Below are positions 40,439 to 45,828 of a stretch of DNA of 45,828 nt, piece after piece. Within the stretch, counting starts at the first letter, position 1, and each line of letters begins with the position of its first letter. The stretch is from Promethearchaeota archaeon (GTDB lineage: Archaea; Asgardarchaeota; Lokiarchaeia; Sigyniarchaeales; SOKP01): positions 1-45,828 of the forward strand of contig RDOA01000027.1 of NCBI GenBank assembly GCA_011364925.1. Reading direction: 5' to 3'. The notes below the pieces were generated by a model that saw nothing but the letters and a program-made list of their open reading frames with translations, did no database searches and was not told the origin of the DNA. A program made the translations under genes and the position numbers.

Positions 40439-41174
40439 TTAGAAACTTTCCATTGTTGTACCCGATAATTTCTTATAATGATTAAGCACAGCTTGTCGAG
40501 CTGCGTAGACAAAAGCTCTTTTCACGTTTACCCCCGTTATCGCTATGGTTTCATATATTAAGCAGTGATTAAGCTTGGCGGTGTCGAGCACCTGTCGTAA
40601 CTTCGATATCTCTATTATACCTTCTAAATCTCTTTTATTTGCTAAAACAACGATTGGAACCTCAGGTGGATCGAAAGGTTTCGGTGGAATTAGCTTATCT
40701 CCGTAAAACTTAAGCAGTTCCTTGAGAGACCAGATGTTCTTGAGTAGTTAATCCCTAATTATTAACTAATTCTCCCCATTGGTCAATCAAAGAATCCCAT
40801 GTGAATATTACCGCGTCTGTACCTTTAAGAACCGTTTGGCGCTGGAATTTGTGGCGTCTCTGACCGGCAACTGTCTGTATAGTTTCTCGAGACGAGAAAT
40901 CTAATATACCTGAAATACCACGTTAGATACGCGTGCTACAACCCGGTCAAAGAATAATGTTCGGCCCGTTGGGTCTTGGATTTGCTGCATCTAGTGAGAA
41001 ACACCAAAATAGTAATTTCATATCACCTGAAGCAAGTCCCTTTATAAATAACAATCGAAAAGATTATTATTCTTTATTGTAGACCCACTCAAGTGCCGTA
41101 GTTTTTCCGCCTAAACTTGGTCCGTAAAAGCAAATTTTAAAGACTAAGGTTCCATCGCCCCTACGCGATGGCAT
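40439..41174 (-). CDS. MglA-family small GTPase, 5 exons: complement(join 41174-41072, 41041-41022, 40990-40904, 40874-40770, 40738-40439), 204 aa
   Basis: Spliced product has G1 YGPSLGGKTT, GRTLFFD, YTVAGQ, LANKRD, ETIA; SD GGAGGTGA upstream; absent from the ORF track. Confidence 0.9.
40739..40769 (-). other. Putative BHB intron 4 of the GTPase (31 nt)
   Basis: In-frame TAG plus frameshift; central GGAG/CUCA (one mismatch), bulges AA|U and AG|A, stem UAGUUAAU/AUUAACUA. Confidence 0.85.
40875..40903 (-). other. Putative BHB intron 3 of the GTPase (29 nt)
   Basis: In-frame TAG; central GUAU/AUAC, bulges AU|U and AG|A, stem UUUCUCG/CGAGAAA. Confidence 0.88.
40991..41021 (-). other. Putative BHB intron 2 of the GTPase (31 nt)
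   Basis: Frameshifting; central GGUG/CACU, bulges AU|A and AG|A. Confidence 0.82.
41042..41071 (-). other. Putative BHB intron 1 of the GTPase (30 nt)
   Basis: In-frame TAA TAA; central AUAA/UUAU, bulges AG|A and AA|A, 9-bp intron stem. Confidence 0.82.
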
Positions 41175-41181
41175 TCAAGTT

Positions 41182-41189
41182 TCACCTCC
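41182..41189 (-). promoter_or_regulatory. Shine-Dalgarno site of the GTPase gene
   Basis: GGAGGTGA 7 nt upstream of ATG 41174. Confidence 0.7.
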
Positions 41190-41346
41190 AATATTCTTAA
41201 TTGTATTCATATCTAAATTAACCATTATCATAATTATATCATACTTAATTAAATATATTAAATGAATAAAACTATAGTAATTTAAAAATATGTTTTCCAA
41301 AAAAAATACGCAATGGATTAACATATAAACATATCAAAATAGGAAT

Positions 41347-42723
41347 TTAGTCGCCTAAAGAATTTGAACTACGCTTCCTACTAAGACTAAATAAATAACT
41401 ATCCATCATTGAACGAAAAACAATAGGGCTTAAGTTCAATGCATATACTAATTTATCTGGAATGATTTTTCCATCTTCAAGATAGCTACTTAAATCTGAT
41501 TGTATATAAACCTTGTTCTTTATCTCAAACAATGATTTTACATCATCTAAGAGCTTTTTATTTGACGAATAAATCCTACCTTGATTACTGCCAATATAGG
41601 TACCATCACCATCATAAAAGCCCAAAAGCCACGCATGAGCCATGCGGCCTGAGTGTGTAGTAAACCATTGGATACTATTAAACCTTGCTTCCTTCTTAGC
41701 GTTTATAATAAATGACTTGATGACCTGGGGTACACCGATTTCCCCTGATTTTAAACCATGAAAATCAAGACTCTTTAAACTTTCTGCTATTTGACTAGAA
41801 GAAAACCTTATCTTTGAGGTCCTACCAGTTCGAACCTTACCTTTATAAGTCCAAAATCTCCTCTGCTGAGTAATTCGAGAAGAATCTAAACCCATGGAAT
41901 AACAAAAGTGTCTAATAATCACCTCATCTTTAATTGCTAATTCTATCGAGATTCTTGGTCGTGTTGATGACAAGCTTCCGTCTGCAGACAAGAAACCTAG
42001 CCAATATGCTTTAAATATCAAATTAATTTCATTAAAGAAATTTTTGCGCTTTATCGAATAGTCCTTTTCATGCCAATAATGTAAATCTGGATTATGCAAT
42101 TTGTATCGATTTATGTTCTCCAGAAGATTCATTGCATTACTTCTAAAAATGTTTTTTAAAGATTTCTTAAATTCTTCTAAACGTTCTAAAGTAAACTTAT
42201 AATCTGGATTATACCAACGCTTTGACTGTGGATTATTAATTGTATCCAATACCCGATGTATAAAATCTTTATCCCCTGCCAATATCAAGCTAAGTTCTTC
42301 ATTAGTAATAGCTACTTCGCCAGAAATTCTTCCTAATTCATTTTCAAGCTTTTCAATGAATTTTAGAGTACTCAAACCAGAATTAAGATTCTTATATTCT
42401 TGGATAATATCAATACAGCATACAACTTTAGCACCGAAGTTCCCTGCTAAATTCTTCTCAAGGAGACCCAGACTAGTCTCTGTATCTTCAAACCTGAATT
42501 CTGGATTGTAGTCTCTATTTTTTGAATTATTTATTTTATTTTTAACCCTTGCTATGTAATGAAAATTACTACCTCTCCATAATCTTGAAAGATCTCGATC
42601 AGAAAAACGCTTTATACGATCTGGGAAGATTTCAGCTAGGATTTCAGAATGAACGCGTAGTTCTTGACGCAAATCTTCAATTAAATCTAAAGTTGAATAG
42701 ACGGTATCATTAGTATAAGTCAT
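41347..42723 (-). CDS. Free-standing double-motif LAGLIDADG endonuclease-like protein
   Basis: AYWLGFLSADG and AWLLGFYDGDG motifs; about 220-aa N-terminal extension. Confidence 0.8.
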   Translation of the reverse strand: MTYTNDTVYSTLDLIEDLRQELRVHSEILAEIFPDRIKRFSDRDLSRLWRGSNFHYIARVKNKINNSKNRDYNPEFRFEDTETSLGLLEKNLAGNFGAKVVCCIDIIQEYKNLNSGLSTLKFIEKLENELGRISGEVAITNEELSLILAGDKDFIHRVLDTINNPQSKRWYNPDYKFTLERLEEFKKSLKNIFRSNAMNLLENINRYKLHNPDLHYWHEKDYSIKRKNFFNEINLIFKAYWLGFLSADGSLSSTRPRISIELAIKDEVIIRHFCYSMGLDSSRITQQRRFWTYKGKVRTGRTSKIRFSSSQIAESLKSLDFHGLKSGEIGVPQVIKSFIINAKKEARFNSIQWFTTHSGRMAHAWLLGFYDGDGTYIGSNQGRIYSSNKKLLDDVKSLFEIKNKVYIQSDLSSYLEDGKIIPDKLVYALNLSPIVFRSMMDSYLFSLSRKRSSNSLGD

Positions 42724-42825
42724 AATTATTAGAATAGCAGTCTATTTAAGGAAAAAAAGTATTTTCCGTTGAAGCGAATTAAGGATTTTTTGAATAAATA
42801 CTAGTAGTCGTAATAAATTTTTAGG

Positions 42826-43974
42826 TTAATAAAAAGGATTATGATATTGACTCTGTTCTGGAGAGCCTAAAGTTTTTAACTTGAGTTCTTTATCAATCAA
42901 TCCCTCAATGTGACAGAGATATTCATACTCGTCTTTTAAACAAAGTGTAATTGCAACTCCGAGTTTGTTCATACGGGAAGTTCTTCCGATACGGTGAATG
43001 TAATTTTCTGGATATTTTGGGATATCATAATTAAAAACGTGAGAAATGTTATCAATATCTAGTCCCCTTGCGGCAACATCTGTTGCAATGAGTAAGTTAA
43101 TTCTATGATCTTTAAAGTTGTTCAAAATCTTTTCTCTCTGGAATTGTGATAAATCCCCTGAGATAAGATCGACCTTGTAGTGGAAACTTTTTAAAGATTT
43201 TAATTTATTACTCAACCAAGTTGCGGTCTTTTTAGTATTAACGAATACTAATAAGTGTTTAGGCTTCTCTTTTCTAAGGATTTTAAGGAATGTTTTTAAC
43301 TTATCGCTGTAATTATCAATCATATAATAAAATTGCCGAGTATTTCTGACCGTAAGATTGTCCCTGCTTAAATTAATGAATTCAAATTTATTTTTAGAAT
43401 ACTTTTTTACTAACTCCCTTATACCGTAGTCAAACGTCGCAGAGAATAGCATGAATTGATAATTCGTGTGAATCTGATCCAAGATATATTTAACATCTGG
43501 GGCAAATCCCATATCAAACATTCTATCAGCTTCATCAACGACGACAAATTGAATATCATTTAACCTTAACTTTTTTCTCTTGTATAAGTCAATTATTCTT
43601 CCAGGAGTCCCAATAATGATGTTAATGCCGTTTTCGAGTTTTGTGATTTGATTATTTATTGATACTCCTCCATAAATAGGATACGCTTTAACTCTTGAGT
43701 TTTCCAAATCTCTAATTACTTCATAAATTTGATTTGCTAGTTCTCTCGTAGGAGCTAAGATTAGAGCTTCATTTTTTTTATACTTCAATTTTTCTATGAT
43801 TGGAAGCAGAAAAGCTAATGTTTTACCGCTACCTGTTCGGGCTTGAGCCATAACATTTTGGCCCTTTAAAATTAGAGGGATTGCCTTTTGTTGGACAGGT
43901 GTTGGGGTATGAATATTGACTTTTTTCAACGCGTTTGCGTTGTGATGGTTAATTCCTAATTCTGTAAAATTCAA
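42826..43974 (-). CDS. DEAD-box RNA helicase
   Basis: Q motif, ARTGSGKT, PTRELA, TPGR, DEAD, SAT, ARGLD, HRIGRTSR. Confidence 0.95.
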   Translation of the reverse strand: MNFTELGINHHNANALKKVNIHTPTPVQQKAIPLILKGQNVMAQARTGSGKTLAFLLPIIEKLKYKKNEALILAPTRELANQIYEVIRDLENSRVKAYPIYGGVSINNQITKLENGINIIIGTPGRIIDLYKRKKLRLNDIQFVVVDEADRMFDMGFAPDVKYILDQIHTNYQFMLFSATFDYGIRELVKKYSKNKFEFINLSRDNLTVRNTRQFYYMIDNYSDKLKTFLKILRKEKPKHLLVFVNTKKTATWLSNKLKSLKSFHYKVDLISGDLSQFQREKILNNFKDHRINLLIATDVAARGLDIDNISHVFNYDIPKYPENYIHRIGRTSRMNKLGVAITLCLKDEYEYLCHIEGLIDKELKLKTLGSPEQSQYHNPFY

Positions 43975-44114
43975 TTTATATGTTCACTAAAAAATACTTT
44001 CTTTTTCACTCTTATTCATGTATATAATATTTTAATGTAAGATAAAGTTTTCTAAAATTCAACTTATTGATTAAAACGGTATAGTTTGTTTAATTTTTAT
44101 TAGTTTTATTAATA

Positions 44115-45828
44115 TCAAATCTTAAAAACTACTTCTTTTGCTAATGTATCTAATTTACTCAATTTCTGAGCGATGAAAGTTCTTACTTTATCAGGTGTTA
44201 TTTTTGGATTGTTTGACGCTAAATCTTGCACAACAGATTGATATTTTTGGCCTTTTTTTGCTAATTTTCTGTGAGTTTCGTTCTCGTGGTTGTATAGAGG
44301 AATAGGAAAAGAGAAAGGTCTTTTATGGATATGCCTGCTCGATTTAATTAATTTAATCTTCTTAGAAAAGATCGGAGCGTTAAAAATTGCGGCTAAGTAA
44401 TGTGCTTCATTCTGTGAATCTGTGGAATAGTAATAGTTTTCTGAACAGATTACCGTAATCTTTTCTTCATTGTCGATGACAGCAGATTTTAAGTTTGAAC
44501 CGCTAGCGTTGTATACAACAATATACTGTTTCATTTTAACTTGTTTAGTCAACTTGTTCCAGTAGTTTAAATTTGAGAATAGAGTATTAATATTACTGGT
44601 TTCTTTTTTATTTGTTTGATAAAAAGAATTAAGTTTTCCATAAAATTCTAAAGCTCGTGGATTATCCCTAAGGTAATCTTTATCCATTTCAAATTTTCGA
44701 TTAATCGGTAAAAAAACATCCTTAAATTGTTTAATATAAAAAGGGACCATATCTTTGTTTAAAAAAGTCTTAAATCTAAAATTATTTTCAATTTTTACAT
44801 TATGAAAAGAGTATCTCCATTGTTTTTTAGCCCGAGAATTAGCTTCGGGATCAGACGATATTTGAAGGTATTTATCTTGACTCTTTTCAGTTTTAAAGAA
44901 GACTAAAGTACGCGGAACTAAAGTCGCTCCTTGGAAGAATTTAGATCTGTATTTACTAGGGGATAAGGTATCTAGGAATCTAATTTCCGCTTCAGGTAAT
45001 ATAATTTTTGCTCCATTTTCGCTAATTTCTAAACTAGTATATTTAGTAGTTCGTTGGAGATTAAAATCACTGTCGTAAATTTTAGTTTCGATTGGATATT
45101 TCTCCGAAATCAGAACTTCGGTTGCTTTTCCTATATATTCTGCTTTCAAACAAATATGCTCTACATTAAAAGTATAACTATTAGGAAAATCCCAAATTTC
45201 AATATTATTAAAAATTGAAAATGTGCGAAACTTATAGCAGTGATCTCCATTTAAAATGCTTTTAGTAAGGACAAAAAAGATGGTTCCTCCTATTTTTAAA
45301 TACGATAATGGAATAGCATAGAAAAAAATTGCAGCAAGTTCAATGTGTGTTATATATTGGCTAGGAGGTTTTATTTCCAGATCCTCCGATAATGTTCGAA
45401 TTTTGATTTGATACGCTTTATTAGTAATGTCTTTATATGTTAACCAAGGGGGGTTCCCAATAATTAGATCAAATGATTTATACAATTCGGAAATATTAAA
45501 CTTAAAATTCTTTTGATATTGATTTGGAAAAAGAGCATCTATTAAATATACATTAATTTTTGGAAATACTTTGGGTTCTACACCATAATTTTCAATAAAT
45601 AATAATAAGATATTTACTTTTGCAGTAAAGGTTGCCAATGGATTAATATCGAATCCAAAAAGGTTTTCTATTGCTTTAAATTTCTGCGTTTCTTTTGCGC
45701 TGGAGTTCATAATTTTAATAATAAGCTCTATTAAAAAGCCTCCTGAACCACAAGATGGATCTAAAGTTTTTTCGCCAAATCTATATGAGTTATCAATCAT
45801 TTCTCTTACTAGATTTGGTGGTGTATAG
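44115..45828 (-). CDS. N6-adenine DNA methyltransferase (gamma class, type IIG-like), 5'-truncated by the window edge
   Basis: Frame open to the edge (YTPPNLV); DPSCGSGGF, GNPPW, C-terminal TRD-like region. Confidence 0.85.
   Translation of the reverse strand, partial: YTPPNLVREMIDNSYRFGEKTLDPSCGSGGFLIELIIKIMNSSAKETQKFKAIENLFGFDINPLATFTAKVNILLLFIENYGVEPKVFPKINVYLIDALFPNQYQKNFKFNISELYKSFDLIIGNPPWLTYKDITNKAYQIKIRTLSEDLEIKPPSQYITHIELAAIFFYAIPLSYLKIGGTIFFVLTKSILNGDHCYKFRTFSIFNNIEIWDFPNSYTFNVEHICLKAEYIGKATEVLISEKYPIETKIYDSDFNLQRTTKYTSLEISENGAKIILPEAEIRFLDTLSPSKYRSKFFQGATLVPRTLVFFKTEKSQDKYLQISSDPEANSRAKKQWRYSFHNVKIENNFRFKTFLNKDMVPFYIKQFKDVFLPINRKFEMDKDYLRDNPRALEFYGKLNSFYQTNKKETSNINTLFSNLNYWNKLTKQVKMKQYIVVYNASGSNLKSAVIDNEEKITVICSENYYYSTDSQNEAHYLAAIFNAPIFSKKIKLIKSSRHIHKRPFSFPIPLYNHENETHRKLAKKGQKYQSVVQDLASNNPKITPDKVRTFIAQKLSKLDTLAKEVVFKI

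Noticed and set aside
33949-41071. Spliceosomal GT-AG introns
   Set aside because: Nearby GT...AG pairs do not restore frame for gyrB or intron 2, and for intron 3 they delete conserved residues
33949-41071. Ribosomal bypassing (T4 gene 60 type)
   Set aside because: Matching take-off and landing codons are seen only for intron 2 (ATG/ATG), whereas BHB explains all five; not fully excluded without cDNA
40439-41174. GTPase as a decayed pseudogene or assembly error
   Set aside because: All lesions are structured 29-31 nt blocks removed by one rule; the exons have no other defects and the SD is intact

Overview
AT-rich, gene-dense archaeal chromosome segment. The gene set (roadblock/LC7 protein, MglA-type small GTPase, archaeal-type AsnRS, deoxyhypusine synthase, PdaD, CofE-like ligase, DNA gyrase, GGAGGTGA-type SD sites) suggests an Asgard archaeon, probably Lokiarchaeia (inference). 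The main discovery is five 29-31 nt insertions inside protein-coding genes: four in an unannotated MglA-like GTPase gene (41174-40439, minus) and one in the 5' end of gyrB (33952-33982). Each folds by eye into a strict or relaxed bulge-helix-bulge (BHB) motif. Cutting after the 2nd nt of each 3-nt bulge restores the reading frame and conserved protein motifs in all five, pointing to tRNA-endonuclease-type splicing of mRNA introns. A free-standing LAGLIDADG gene lies directly upstream of the GTPase. Other notable items are probable ATT/ATA/CTG start codons in four genes, a 41-aa hyper-acidic microprotein, tandem coiled-coil paralogs and quinolone-resistance-type residues in gyrase. No rRNA, tRNA or CRISPR array was recognised. 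All folding and homology calls were made by eye, without searches.
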